DNA from: Vulcanimicrobiota bacterium
GTDB taxonomy: Bacteria > Vulcanimicrobiota > Vulcanimicrobiia > Eremiobacterales > Eremiobacteraceae
Reading direction: 5' to 3'
Length of the DNA stretch: 64,000 bases
Assembly: GCA_963805945.1 (NCBI GenBank)
Contig: CAWDVP010000001.1
Span: forward strand, 352,001-416,000
Below the pieces are notes generated by a model. It was not told the origin of the DNA. It was given only the letters and a program-made list of their open reading frames with translations, and ran no database searches. Both the position numbers and the translations under genes were made by a program. Below, in pieces: positions 34,308 to 47,007 of this stretch (positions are counted from its first letter, which is position 1; each line of letters begins with the position of its first letter).

Positions 34308-35534
34308 ATGACACCAGCAGTTCCTTCCGCCCCGCCCGGAGCGGGTTCCCCACTGCGCAACCGTTATTTCCGCCTGTTGTGGGCAGGCCGGGCGATTTCC
34401 GCCCTCGGGGACCAATGCTACCTGGTGGCGCTGCCATGGCTCATCCTGCAGTTGACGAACTCGGGCGTCGCGCTCGGTACCATTATGATGACCGGCGCGA
34501 TCCCGATGGTCGTGCTCATGCTCGTGGGCGGTGTGCTCAGCGATCGCTTCTCCGCGCGACGAATCCTCATCGCGACGACCTCAGTCCGCGCCATATGCGT
34601 CGCGGCGATAGGCGCGCTCGTCGCCCTTCACGCGGTGGCGCTCTGGCAGATCTACCTCCTCGCGCTCGCCTTCGGCAGTGCGGACGCTTTTGCTGCGCCC
34701 GCCTCTCAGACGCTCGTGCCCTCCATCGTCGACGCGCAGCAGCTGCCGGCTGCCAACTCCATCACCCAGAGCACGCAGCAACTGACGACGATCGTCGGGC
34801 CGGCGCCGGCCGGGCTGATCGTCAAGCTGTGGGGAATCCCGCAAGCGTTCTTCATCGACGCGTTCAGTTTTCTCTTCGTCATCGCCGCGCTGTGGCGGCT
34901 CCCGGATCCGCCGGCAGCGCCCACGGCCAAGACGCGCGCCGGCATCCTGGAAGCGATCGTGGAGGGATTACGCTACATCAACGACGATGTCGCCATGCGC
35001 TCGCTGCTGTTCGTCGCTGCGGCGCTGAACTTCTGCGTCTCCGGTCCGGTGTCGATCGGATTGGCATGGATCGCCAAGCAGCATTTCGGCTCACCGATCG
35101 CGTTCAGCATCTTCGTCGCCTCGGTCGCTGCCGGCGGTCTTGTCGGTGCCGCCGTAGCGGGGATCTACAAGCCGCGCAAACGCGGCCTGCTGATGCTGAC
35201 GATCAGCGTCTCGATAGCGCTCGGCATGGCGCTGCTCGGCGTCGTGACGCAAGCGTGGACGCTGAGCATGGTGCTGTTCGTCATGGGTGCGGCGTCCGGA
35301 TTTCTCAACGTGCATATCGTGGCCTGGTTCCAGCAGCGCGTCGACCGCACCATGCTGGGTCGGACCATGAGCGTCATCATGCTCGCGGCGGTGGGTCTGC
35401 AGCCCATCTCGCTGGCGATCGCCGGCGTCGCCGTCGCATGGAGCGTCGAAGGCATGTTCGCCGGCGCCGCCGCGCTGATGCTGCTGGTCACCACGCTAGC
35501 GGCGCTTCATGCACCGGTGCGAGAAATTCAGTGA
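34308..35534 (+). CDS. MFS efflux transporter (DHA3-like)
   Basis: LRNRYFRLLW..ISALGD, GGVLSDRFSARR, about 12 transmembrane helices. Confidence 0.92.
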   Translation: MTPAVPSAPPGAGSPLRNRYFRLLWAGRAISALGDQCYLVALPWLILQLTNSGVALGTIMMTGAIPMVVLMLVGGVLSDRFSARRILIATTSVRAICVAAIGALVALHAVALWQIYLLALAFGSADAFAAPASQTLVPSIVDAQQLPAANSITQSTQQLTTIVGPAPAGLIVKLWGIPQAFFIDAFSFLFVIAALWRLPDPPAAPTAKTRAGILEAIVEGLRYINDDVAMRSLLFVAAALNFCVSGPVSIGLAWIAKQHFGSPIAFSIFVASVAAGGLVGAAVAGIYKPRKRGLLMLTISVSIALGMALLGVVTQAWTLSMVLFVMGAASGFLNVHIVAWFQQRVDRTMLGRTMSVIMLAAVGLQPISLAIAGVAVAWSVEGMFAGAAALMLLVTTLAALHAPVREIQ

Positions 35535-35929
35535 CTGCTCATCGGCGCCCCAAGTATGTCCTTGGGCGCTGCTGTTCTCAACGTTGGGCATTCGAACACG
35601 CGCTCGTGCAGGGATGACGGAGGATGTGCAAACCACATGGACCCAACGCCTTGACCTGATAGCGCTCCATGACGATGGACCCGGTCAGCGTGGCACAAAG
35701 TGAACAGGGTTCTGCTCATCAAGCGCGCTGGGGTCGGCTATAAGCAGGCGGAAGACAACTGGTACCATATCGTGTATCCGCCGATCGAGCACTCCGGCTG
35801 GATCTGCTGCTGCGCGGATTAGCGTACCCAGTTCTTCGGCTTCGACCACGTCGACACGCGCGTGCGTTCGCTCGCCGTGGTCGAGCCGTTCTTTTATAGC
35901 ACTGCGGACCGCACGTTGCCAATTTCCTT

Positions 35930-36040
35930 ACCGGACGTTTCGGCTCGCCACCCATCAATTGCATAGTTGGCGCCCGCGCGTTCCAAGATAGCCTTGCACC
36001 TGCGTCCTTGCAAATACGAACGTCCGGTCACCGATTCAAA
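35930..36040. repeat. CGTC-tagged repeat pair, family C
   Basis: ACCGGACGTTTCG at 35930 and CGAACGTCCGGTCACCGATTCAAA at 36017-36040. Confidence 0.7.
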
Positions 36041-36065
36041 GCGCTCTCCGGCGGAGAAAAAATCC

Positions 36066-36533
36066 TCAGTGCCCTGACCGCGACCCTTCGCCGAAGTGGT
36101 CGATGACAAAGCAAGGGCCATCTGGACCTTCGCCCCCGTTGTGGACCGTGAAGTTCATAAGCTTGGTCGGTCCGGATACTGCTGCTGCAAGAAGCACGCT
36201 TCCGGGGCCGCCGAAGACGCTTGGGACCCTATTTGCGGCCGTGAAGTGGAAACCCATTTGGAGAATTGTGGCTGAAAAAGGGCAGAACTGGTTCGGCTCG
36301 GACGTCTTGACCGCACGATTTGAATAGGCGCACTCGCCGGGCTGCAGACCTGACGAAGCAGGTCCCTTGCTCCTCGAGAAAGTGACCGTAGCCGAGTTTG
36401 GCGCGGTCCACATCGCGGCATTCATTGCGCCGATCTTGCAGGTAAACGGGAAGCTTGCTGCACCGGCCGGCGCAAGGGTCGAAAGCGGCAACCCCAACGC
36501 GAGGGCAAGGATGAGCGCAAGTCGCTTTAACAC
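36066..36533 (-). CDS. Hypothetical secreted Cys-containing protein
   Basis: RBS GAGGAGG and GTG at 36533, signal peptide ending AGA/AS, four Cys. Confidence 0.75.
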   Translation of the reverse strand: MLKRLALILALALGLPLSTLAPAGAASFPFTCKIGAMNAAMWTAPNSATVTFSRSKGPASSGLQPGECAYSNRAVKTSEPNQFCPFSATILQMGFHFTAANRVPSVFGGPGSVLLAAAVSGPTKLMNFTVHNGGEGPDGPCFVIDHFGEGSRSGH

Positions 36534-36651
36534 TTGAACCTCCTCGGGGCTCGCCAACGTAAGCACGTAGCCTATAATGCCCCGGATGGTCGAACCTTTT
36601 CGACGCCATTGTCGTTATCGGCCTGGCTGAGCGAAGTGGCCTATGCGAAGT

Positions 36652-37638
36652 CTATCCTTGACCAGGCAGGAACCTTGCGTGAACGAGTGTCTGAAAGCTC
36701 GTTAGGAACCAGATCGTTCCGTCTCTAGCAAAAAGAATCGTTCCGCTGTGACGGGTTCCCAGCTGGACCGGCGCGCACGAGACCCGTTCGCTCGGATCGA
36801 CTCGGCAGAGGCCCCGAGCCCAGACCCATGCGCTGTGGTCGGGTCCCACCGTGAACAGCAAGTCGAGTGGCATGTGTGCGCCCCACGAACTGAAGTCGAT
36901 CAATTGCAAGCGCTTGCTCGTGCCATCGACCTGAATGTGAATAATACCGAAAGAATCACCTTCCCAGTCACACGCTGGCCTCGAAAGCTTTGCTAGCTCG
37001 AACGTCGTTGGGTCGATCCGATAAGACGCGTGCGCCGTATGTGCGACCGCAACCCCGCAATCGACGCTGGGGTACGCCGACTCCGGTAACCTTACGGGCA
37101 CAAATTGCTGGTCGGTGCTGCGAAGCGCAAATAGGGATGTGGGAACGCCACGTGACTGACGTCGGAGCCAGAGTGTTCCCTGAGAGTCGACGCTAAGTCC
37201 ATCAAAGTTATCCAGAGTACCCCTGCTGTCATGTGACGGGACGTTATATGTATAGAGGTCGTAGTTCACTCTCTTCCAAACCGTGACTGTGTTGTAGCGC
37301 GGTAGCGCAGCGGCAAAGCTATCCGCAGAAATGATGTTACCGCTTACGTCGACGTCGCGTTCAACAAAGACCAGTTTGAGGTTTCTGCCGATCTGCATGA
37401 CGTTGCCCCGACCATCTTGTGGGTCTGATGCAAGCCAAACAGTCGTTCCATCGTGAACGTCCATAGCAAAACTCGGACCATGCATGTCGTCGTCGGATAG
37501 GTTGAAGGTATTCAGAATCTGAAGGTGCGCCGGCGCTCGAGGAACACACCTCGGGCACTCTTGGGCGTTCGCGCGAAGACTGCTCGTGAAAAACAGAGCG
37601 CACATAACCCAGAAGAGCCGCGAAAGTCCGACCTTCAT
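36652..37638 (-). CDS. Hypothetical secreted protein, probable beta-propeller
   Basis: Signal peptide; recurring D-G-T-x-W blade motifs (HDGTTVW, SQGTLW, PDHSAW, RDGTIW); visibly lower GC. Confidence 0.65.
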   Translation of the reverse strand: MKVGLSRLFWVMCALFFTSSLRANAQECPRCVPRAPAHLQILNTFNLSDDDMHGPSFAMDVHDGTTVWLASDPQDGRGNVMQIGRNLKLVFVERDVDVSGNIISADSFAAALPRYNTVTVWKRVNYDLYTYNVPSHDSRGTLDNFDGLSVDSQGTLWLRRQSRGVPTSLFALRSTDQQFVPVRLPESAYPSVDCGVAVAHTAHASYRIDPTTFELAKLSRPACDWEGDSFGIIHIQVDGTSKRLQLIDFSSWGAHMPLDLLFTVGPDHSAWVWARGLCRVDPSERVSCAPVQLGTRHSGTILFARDGTIWFLTSFQTLVHARFLPGQG

Positions 37639-37701
37639 CTCTCTGGCAGCATCATAGCCGATATCCCCCAGATGGTCGCTCCAGATCGGCAAGAAACCGA
37701 T

Positions 37702-37775
37702 CGCGTGTCCCTTGCACAACTCTTTTTAGGCCGCGTCAGCGCAAAAAAGAGTTATGTCCGGCTGTTTTGGGGTAC
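37702..37775. repeat. Rearranged copy of the secA 3' end and its downstream family D motif
   Basis: 37714-37742 matches 42896-42925 except for one T; 37743-37771 is a near reverse complement of 42882-42910. Confidence 0.85.
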
Positions 37776-37872
37776 CGGCGCGGTGCCCACGGTCCGATAC
37801 GGCAAGACACTGTGATTTACCATGGTGTTATGGTGACCTGCAACCGAATCGCTACAATACGGTAGAGAACCG

Positions 37873-37995
37873 GTGGAAACGTCCGGTTCCGCCGGTCGCA
37901 ACCATAAGGCTCCACAGTGCGGTTATGCGGGTCAGCGGCTGCCGGCGCTGCAACAGCTCACACTTCAAACCATCGTCGGTAACCGGACGTTCCAC
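37873..37995. repeat. CGTC-tagged inverted repeat pair, family C
   Basis: GTGGAAACGTCCGGTTCCG ... TCGGTAACCGGACGTTCCAC. Confidence 0.75.
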
Positions 37996-38005
37996 GTTAG
38001 TTAGA

Positions 38006-39013
38006 TCATCGCAAGGTCACAGGTGCAACTGGGACGCTTTCGGACACCGCGCTCAAGGGTGCAGGGTAAGAAAAGTCGACGCCGGAGACCTTGACGACGG
38101 CCTGCCACGCGGCTTCCTGGTTGGCGCGATCGTGAAAGTGCGGGTGGCGCATCGCCTCAATTGGGCCGGTGAGCTTCTTCGGCGCCGAGGCGAAGAATTG
38201 CCCTGAGACGTCGGTTCCGAACTCCGATGCCTGGAGGTAGCGACGGGCTGCGGTCTCCGGAGTATGAGACATGCCGGGGATAAGCTTCATTAACGGAATC
38301 ATCAGCCACTTCAAGGCCGGGCCAGCGTTTCGCGTCGCCTTGGTGTCGGGCGCGCTGCCGGGCGAGACGGCGTACACGGCCATGCCTGAGGGTAGCCGGC
38401 GTGCCAGTGCAGCGGCCCACCAAGCGACGACGAGCTTCGCGTCGGCATACGCCCGGTTGGGCTCGTACTTCACGTTCGGCCCGCTGCGCACCAGGGCTTC
38501 TACCGCGGCGCTTCGGTCACCCTGGTGATGCGTGGCCGCGAAGGCTGCCACGTCGGTGTAGCTGAACATTGGTACGTCCCCTCGGGCAGCTTCCGAGCTG
38601 GTGATAACAATCCGCGCGTTGGGGCTCAGCAGGTTGGCGCGGAGCAAGCCGACAGTCAGTTGATGATGGCCGATCAGCGGGGCCTGAGCCGCCTCGACGC
38701 CCGCCTCAGTGAGCACGCGCTTCTTACCTCCGACCATCCCTGCATTGAGCAGCAGGAAATCGACCGGCCGACCTCGCTTGACGAGTTCGGCGAGCGCGGA
38801 CTGAACGCTGGACGGCGAGTCCAGATCCAGCTCTAGCGGCGTAAAGACCTGCGTCTTGGTCTCAGCTGCGAGCTCAGCTGACGTTTCCTGTACCCGGGCC
38901 CAGCTGCGCCCGGTGACGATGACCTCGCGGTAGCCCTCTGCGGCAAGCATGCGGGCTGCCGCATGACCAAGCCCCGAGGTAGTGCCGGTGACGAGAGCGA
39001 TCGAATGTTCCAT
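38006..39013 (-). CDS. Short-chain dehydrogenase/reductase
   Basis: ALVTGTTSGLG, LLLNAG, YADAK (YxxxK). Confidence 0.92.
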   Translation of the reverse strand: MEHSIALVTGTTSGLGHAAARMLAAEGYREVIVTGRSWARVQETSAELAAETKTQVFTPLELDLDSPSSVQSALAELVKRGRPVDFLLLNAGMVGGKKRVLTEAGVEAAQAPLIGHHQLTVGLLRANLLSPNARIVITSSEAARGDVPMFSYTDVAAFAATHHQGDRSAAVEALVRSGPNVKYEPNRAYADAKLVVAWWAAALARRLPSGMAVYAVSPGSAPDTKATRNAGPALKWLMIPLMKLIPGMSHTPETAARRYLQASEFGTDVSGQFFASAPKKLTGPIEAMRHPHFHDRANQEAAWQAVVKVSGVDFSYPAPLSAVSESVPVAPVTLR

Positions 39014-39075
39014 GGGCGCGCCTCCGTAGTGAAGGGGGAAGGTCGAGTCGTGAGGCCCCGCGAGGCCAGGTCGAC

Positions 39076-39127
39076 TTGCCAATTTCGAACCTTTCAGTAT
39101 AATAATGGATTAGATGGTCAAGGTCAA
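39076..39127. promoter_or_regulatory. Overlapping divergent sigma70-like promoters (SDR and TetR)
   Basis: + strand TTGCCA-16-TATAAT; - strand TTGACC-17-TATTAT. Confidence 0.55.
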
Positions 39128-39142
39128 GGAGTTTCGAACTAA

Positions 39143-39748
39143 ATGATTCAAAATGCCGCCAGGCCGCGTGGACGACCGCGTAGCTTCAACGAGAGCGCCG
39201 CGCTGGAAAAAGCGATCCAAGTGTTCTGGTTGAAAGGCTACGACGGAGTGACCATCGACGATCTCGTCGCAGGGATGGGAGTCGGGCGACCGAGCCTGTA
39301 TTCAGTTTTTGGGTCCAAGCGAAGGATATTCTTGCGTGTCCTCCACGCGTACGCCGAGAGGAAGGGCGCTCTCGCCGCGAAGGCACTTCTCTCGCCGCAG
39401 GCTCTGCGCGACTCGGTCGCAAGCTTTCTGAGGTACGCCGTCGCGAGCGCGACCGAGAAAGGAAGCGCCTCGGGGTGTCTTCTCATGTGCGTCGCGCCGC
39501 TTGTGAACGACGTTGAGGTGCGGCAGTTCCTACGGAACAATGCCGCTGCCGCCGTGGACCTAGTAGAACGTCGTTTCCAATCCGGGATCAGCGCGGGCGA
39601 AATCCCATCCGACTTTCCGGTCGCCGCACGCGCGAACCAGGTCCTCGACCTTGCCCGCGGTCTGACGATGCGTGCACAGATTGGCATGTCGCGTAAGACG
39701 CTACTCAATGACGCCGAGGAAGCGGCCGACTTGGTGCTCCTACCATAG
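39143..39748 (+). CDS. TetR family regulator (ComR/NemR-like)
   Basis: RGRPRSF..FWLKGYDGVTIDDL..GVGRPSLYSVFGSK, GCLL. Confidence 0.92.
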   Translation: MIQNAARPRGRPRSFNESAALEKAIQVFWLKGYDGVTIDDLVAGMGVGRPSLYSVFGSKRRIFLRVLHAYAERKGALAAKALLSPQALRDSVASFLRYAVASATEKGSASGCLLMCVAPLVNDVEVRQFLRNNAAAAVDLVERRFQSGISAGEIPSDFPVAARANQVLDLARGLTMRAQIGMSRKTLLNDAEEAADLVLLP

Positions 39749-39809
39749 CGTCGAAATGCGGCGGTTGTGATCTCCGGCTAGCCTAGCCGCGGTCTCACTG
39801 AAACAGAGC

Positions 39810-39907
39810 ACCGGACGTTTGAGTCGGTGACCGGACGTTTCATTGATCGCGCAAATTGCAAGTAGCTTCACGCGTGTCCCATAACAGCCGGGGCCTTGTG
39901 GGACACG
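39810..39907. repeat. Tandem family C repeats followed by a family D hairpin
   Basis: ACCGGACGTTT-GAGTCGGTG-ACCGGACGTTT, then CGTGTCCCATAA-CAGCCGGGGCC-TTGTGGGACACG. Confidence 0.75.
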
Positions 39908-39926
39908 GCAAGATCCGGCGCGCCGG

Positions 39927-42688
39927 TCAGATCCGAAGCGCTTCTTCGACCGCCACGTCTTCGTTCATCCGGGCGCCGACCGCTCGAAGCCGTGCGAATT
40001 CGTCGTCGCCGATCGCGGACCGGATCGCCTTTTCGAGCGCGTCGAGCGACACTTGTTCCGTGCTCTCGATACTGAAGTTGTTGCGCCCGAACGTCTCCTC
40101 GGTGTAGCCAAGCAGGCGCGCGGCGAGCTGAGGGTCGCCTTGCTCCGCTCCGACGCGGGCGAGATTCATGATGCTTATCGCGACGTGCGAAGGGGCCTGC
40201 GCGTCACGCGCAATCCTCAACCCCTCCCTTGCACGGCGTCGGCCCTCCTCGAAGCGACCGAGCGCGAGGAGGTACGCGGCGAGGTTGTTGTAGCTGATAT
40301 ATGAGCGCGCCGTGGTGATTTCGAGATTCTCAAGCGCGAGCTCGACCGCCCGTGCTGCGTCGCCCATCGAGAACTCGATCTCCGCAAGGTTGCCTACGAC
40401 TGTCGAACGTACGCGATCGTTGCCTACGGCGCGCGCGATGGCGAGCGCTTCCGCATAGAGGCTGCGCGCATCCGCGACCCTGCCCCCGAAATGCAGATTC
40501 CGCGCCATCGCCGATTTGACGCCGGCGATCCGGTTCTGGTAGCCCATCTTTTCCGCGAGCACGAGCGCCTCGTCCAAGTACCGCTGCGCCTCTTCGTGTC
40601 GGAACTGACGCAAGCACGCCTCACCTATTTGGACAAGAGAGCTTTGAATGCCCGCGATATCATCAAGCTCTCGGTAGAGCAGCAACGCGCGTTCCGCGTA
40701 TTCTCGCGCTTTCGGCCACGACACCACGGCGAGGCTTTGGACCCTGTAGAGCCCCGTCCAAAGCCGTGCGATCGTCTGCTTCGAGGAGATCTCGCCCCCG
40801 AGCGCCAGCGCGGCATCGACGCGTGCCCGCCCTTCCGCGTCATACCCCTCCCACGACCAGTAGTCGTACATGTTCGAGGTGAGCGCCGCGCCGAGCTCGA
40901 CATCGTGCTTCTCGGCCAGCGCCCAGTCGAGCGCGGCGCGGATGTTGTCGAGCTCCGGGTCGATGAGCGCGAGGTATGCCCTCGTCGGCACTGTCTCTCG
41001 GAACGTTGCGGCGCGTTTTGCGAAGTCGAGGAACTATTTCGCATGCCGGATCTGCATCGGCTCGAGCTCGCCGCTCTTCTCGAGCAGCTCGTGCGCGTAC
41101 TGACGCGTCGATTCGAGCAGGCGGTAGCGCTGTTCCGAGCCGGAGAGCTCCGCGACGACCATCGACTTGTCGACGAGCGACTGGAGGAGGTCCAAGACCG
41201 CCCATTCCTCGATCGTCTCATCCGAGCAGACCGCCGATGCGGCGTCGAGCGTCCAGCCGCCGGCGAAGACCGCGACGCGGCGGAAGAGCGTCTTCTCGTC
41301 GTCGGTCAGCAGGTCGTAGCTCCAGTCGACGAGCGCGCGCATCGTCTGCTGCCGCGGCAGCGCCGTCCGGCTGCCGCCGGTGAGGATGCGGAAGCGCTCG
41401 TCGAGCGCGACTCGAGCTGCTCGAGGCTCAGCGCCTTGAGACGCGGCGCGGCGAGCTCGATCGCGAGCGCGATGCCGTCGAGCCGGTTGCACAGGCGCGC
41501 GACGATCGGCGCGTTCTCGTCGGTGAGGCGGAACGACTCGGTCGCCGCGATCGCCCGTTCGACGAAGAGCGCGACGGCGCCGTGCCGCATCGCCTCCTCG
41601 GCACTCACGTCGGCCGGTTGTTTCGGGCACCGCGAGCGAGGGGACCCGGTGGACGGACTCCCCATCGATGCCGAGGCCCTGGCGCGTCGTCGCGATGATG
41701 CGGACGTTCGGGCAGTTGCGCAAGGATCGCGTCGATGAGCCTGGCGGCCGGCTCGACGACGTGCTCGCAGTTGTCGAAGATGATGAGCGCGCGCCGCGAC
41801 TTGAGGGCGTGGACGATCGCCTCGGTCATCGTCCTGTTCGCCCCCTCGCTGATGTGGAAGATCGACGCGATCGCGTTCGGGATGAGATCGTCGTCGGACA
41901 GCGGCGCGAGCTCGACGAGCCAGACGCCGTCCGCGTAGCGGTCGAGCAGATCGGCGCCCACCTGCAGCGCGAGGCGCGTCTTGCCGACGCCGCCCGCACC
42001 GACGAGCGTGACGAGCCGGTGCTTGGCGAGCAGTCTCCGAGCACGGTGAGGATTTCGACGTCGCGGCCGACGAAGCTCGTGATCTGAAGCGGCAAGTTGT
42101 TCGGCAGCGCTTCGAGCGAGCGCAGCGGCGGGAAATCCGACGCGAGTCCGGGCGCTACGAGCTGGTAGACCTGCTCGGGATGCGTCAGATCTTTGAGACG
42201 GTGCTCGCCGAGATCGCGCAGCGCGGCCTGCGGCGGCAGCTCGCCTTGCGAAGATCCGCGCTCGCGCCCGAAACGAGCACCTGGCCGCCGTGGCCGATCG
42301 CGAGCAGCCGCGCGACGCGATTGACCGCCGGTCCGAAATAGTCGCCGTCGCGCTCGTCAGTATGCCCGGTGTGGATCGCCATCCGCACCTTGAGGTCGTC
42401 GACGCCCGACCAATCCTCGGCGGCGAGCCGTTTCTGTGCGTCGAGCGACGCGGCGATCGCGTCAGCGACATTGTGAAACGCCGCGCAAAACGCGTCGCCG
42501 ATCGTCTTGAAGACGTGTCCGTCGTGGGCTTCGATCGCCGCCTGAAGGATCTCATCGTTGCGGCGAACGGCGGATTTCATCTGCTCGCGATGGCGCTCCC
42601 ATCGTTGCGTCGAGCCTTCGATGTCGGTGAACAGGAACGTGACGGTGCCGGTCGGGAGCTGCTTGCGGGCTGCTATCGTCTCAGACAC
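39927..42688 (-). CDS. Class III nucleotide cyclase - STAND NTPase - TPR protein (several frameshifts)
   Basis: TFLFTDIEGST, KTIGDAFCAAF, DYFGPAVNRVARL; Walker A GAGGVGKT, FDNCEH, LDGIALAIELAA; TPR-like C-terminus. Confidence 0.88.
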
Positions 42689-42861
42689 GGTGACCTTTCG
42701 GAGCAGGCGCCAATTTCATGCGACGACGGTGACGGGCTGATACTCCAGCCCAGCCTGATGCGAGCTATACTTCGCCCAGACATCGCGGCTTCCTAGGATA
42801 TGGGAAGCGCGAGGCGCTTGAACGCGATGAAGTGACGGCGCGCCATTGCACTTCTTTTTTT

Positions 42862-42908
42862 CGCTGACGCGGCCTAAGTGTCCCAAGACAGCCGGGCACA
42901 ACTCTTTT

Positions 42909-42924
<16 letters not shown>
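42862..42924. repeat. 16-bp perfect inverted repeat overlapping the secA stop, enclosing a family D motif
   Basis: CGCTGACGCGGCCTAA (42862-42877) and TTAGGCCGCGTCAGCG (42909-42924). Confidence 0.85.
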
Positions 42925-45608
<2,684 letters not shown>

Positions 45609-45622
45609 TGAAGTCGTACGTC

Positions 45623-45961
45623 CTATGCTATGGGTTCGGCAGGCCCGCGGTCTTCGTTCGAGCCGAGCTTGTGGCGCTTGTCGAGCAGGCGCGTCTTCAG
45701 TTTCTCTATCTGGTGCTCGAGCCGATCGCGCACGAGGTCGACGGCCTCATCGACGCTCCTGGAGCGCTCTTCCGCCTTGAGCACGTGCTGCGGCAGGTTC
45801 ATGACGACGTCCACGATGCGCAGCTCGCGTTCCGCGCGCAAGGTCACGTGCGCGTCGATGATACGCGCGTTGTGGCGCTCGAGCCGCTCGAGCTGCTCCT
45901 CGACGTGGCGGCGCAGCGCGTCCGTCACCTCGAGGTTCCGGCCCTTTATATATATCTTCAT
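45623..45961 (-). CDS. hpf: Ribosome hibernation promoting factor (short form)
   Basis: [21 protein letters not shown]-like C-terminal helix; upstream of secA. Confidence 0.88.
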   Translation of the reverse strand: MKIYIKGRNLEVTDALRRHVEEQLERLERHNARIIDAHVTLRAERELRIVDVVMNLPQHVLKAEERSRSVDEAVDLVRDRLEHQIEKLKTRLLDKRHKLGSNEDRGPAEPIA

Positions 45962-46008
45962 GTGGATGACGCTTTGAGATAGAGATGCGGGAGTTCTGCC
46001 GATTCCAT

Positions 46009-46146
46009 CTAGTGAAAATGAAGTCCTGCCCGCAGCGCGATTTCATAGGCGGCGAAAGCCACCACCGCGATGCCGACGATGACGAGCACGACCCGGGTGA
46101 TGATGTACGGGCGCTGCGAGCGGGTCTTGATGATCTGGCGTTTCAT
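46009..46146 (-). CDS. Small single-pass membrane protein
   Basis: ATG overlaps the previous stop; one transmembrane helix; 45 aa. Confidence 0.5.
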   Translation of the reverse strand: MKRQIIKTRSQRPYIITRVVLVIVGIAVVAFAAYEIALRAGLHFH

Positions 46147-47006
46147 GATCGACCCGAGCTTCGCTCGGGCACTACCGGAGCGACGACGTCGACCGGAATC
46201 GGGTCGTTGATCTCGTCCAAGGTCAGCCGCTGCTGCAGTTGTGAGAGCGTCACGAACTCGAAGCCGGCGCGGCGGTAGGCGTCGACGATCGACGGCAGCG
46301 CGGCGACGGTGGCGTCGGAGCCGTTGTGCAATAGGATCACCGCGGGCGACTTGGCGGTCTTCGTCACATTGGCGATGATGAAATCGGGCGACAGGCGCTT
46401 CCAATCTCCCGGATCGACATCCCACAGCGCCATCGTCTGGCGGTTCGATCGCACGGCGTCAAGCGTGGCGCCGTCGAAGTTGCCGTGCGGCGGGCGGAAA
46501 TACGCCGGCACCTGGCCCGTGCGGCGCTTGATGGCGGTCGCGCCGTCCGCGATCTCCGCGAGCTGCGCCGGGAAGAGCAGCGTCTTCATCTGCGGATGGC
46601 TCAGCGTGTGATCGCCGATCTCGTTGCCGCCGGCCGCCATGCGCGCGGCGATCGCAGGCTGTTCGGTGGCATCGCGGCCGATCAGGAAGAAGTCGGCGGG
46701 CACACCCAGGCGTTGCAGCGCCGCGAGCAGCGCCGGTGTCGCCACCGGGTACGGGCCGTCATCGAAGGTCAGGACGGCATAGCGCGGGTGCCGGGGCGGC
46801 GCGAAGGCGTCGCGCACGTCGAGCGCCATGCGCTGCACGAGCGCGCGCGGCGAGGGATGGAAGATATCGTCACTGGTCGCGGCCTGGGGCACGATCACCG
46901 GCACGAGTTCCGCGCGTGCGTGGCCGACCCAGCGGCGCAGGCCGAGGCTCGCCGCGAGCACGAGAAAGACGATGACGGCGAAGATCGCGACGCGGCGGGC
47001 TGACAC
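46143..47006 (-). CDS. Polysaccharide deacetylase (NodB/CE4)
   Basis: LTFDDGP, GDHTLSH, FRPPHG, WDVDPGDW, ILLH. Confidence 0.92.
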   Translation of the reverse strand: MSARRVAIFAVIVFLVLAASLGLRRWVGHARAELVPVIVPQAATSDDIFHPSPRALVQRMALDVRDAFAPPRHPRYAVLTFDDGPYPVATPALLAALQRLGVPADFFLIGRDATEQPAIAARMAAGGNEIGDHTLSHPQMKTLLFPAQLAEIADGATAIKRRTGQVPAYFRPPHGNFDGATLDAVRSNRQTMALWDVDPGDWKRLSPDFIIANVTKTAKSPAVILLHNGSDATVAALPSIVDAYRRAGFEFVTLSQLQQRLTLDEINDPIPVDVVAPVVPERSSGRS

Positions 47007-47007
47007 G

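Noticed and set aside
37873..37997. Canonical integron attC site
   Set aside because: It has unpaired bases, but lacks proper RYYYAAC and GTTRRRY ends, and no intI is present; kept only as a repeat pair.
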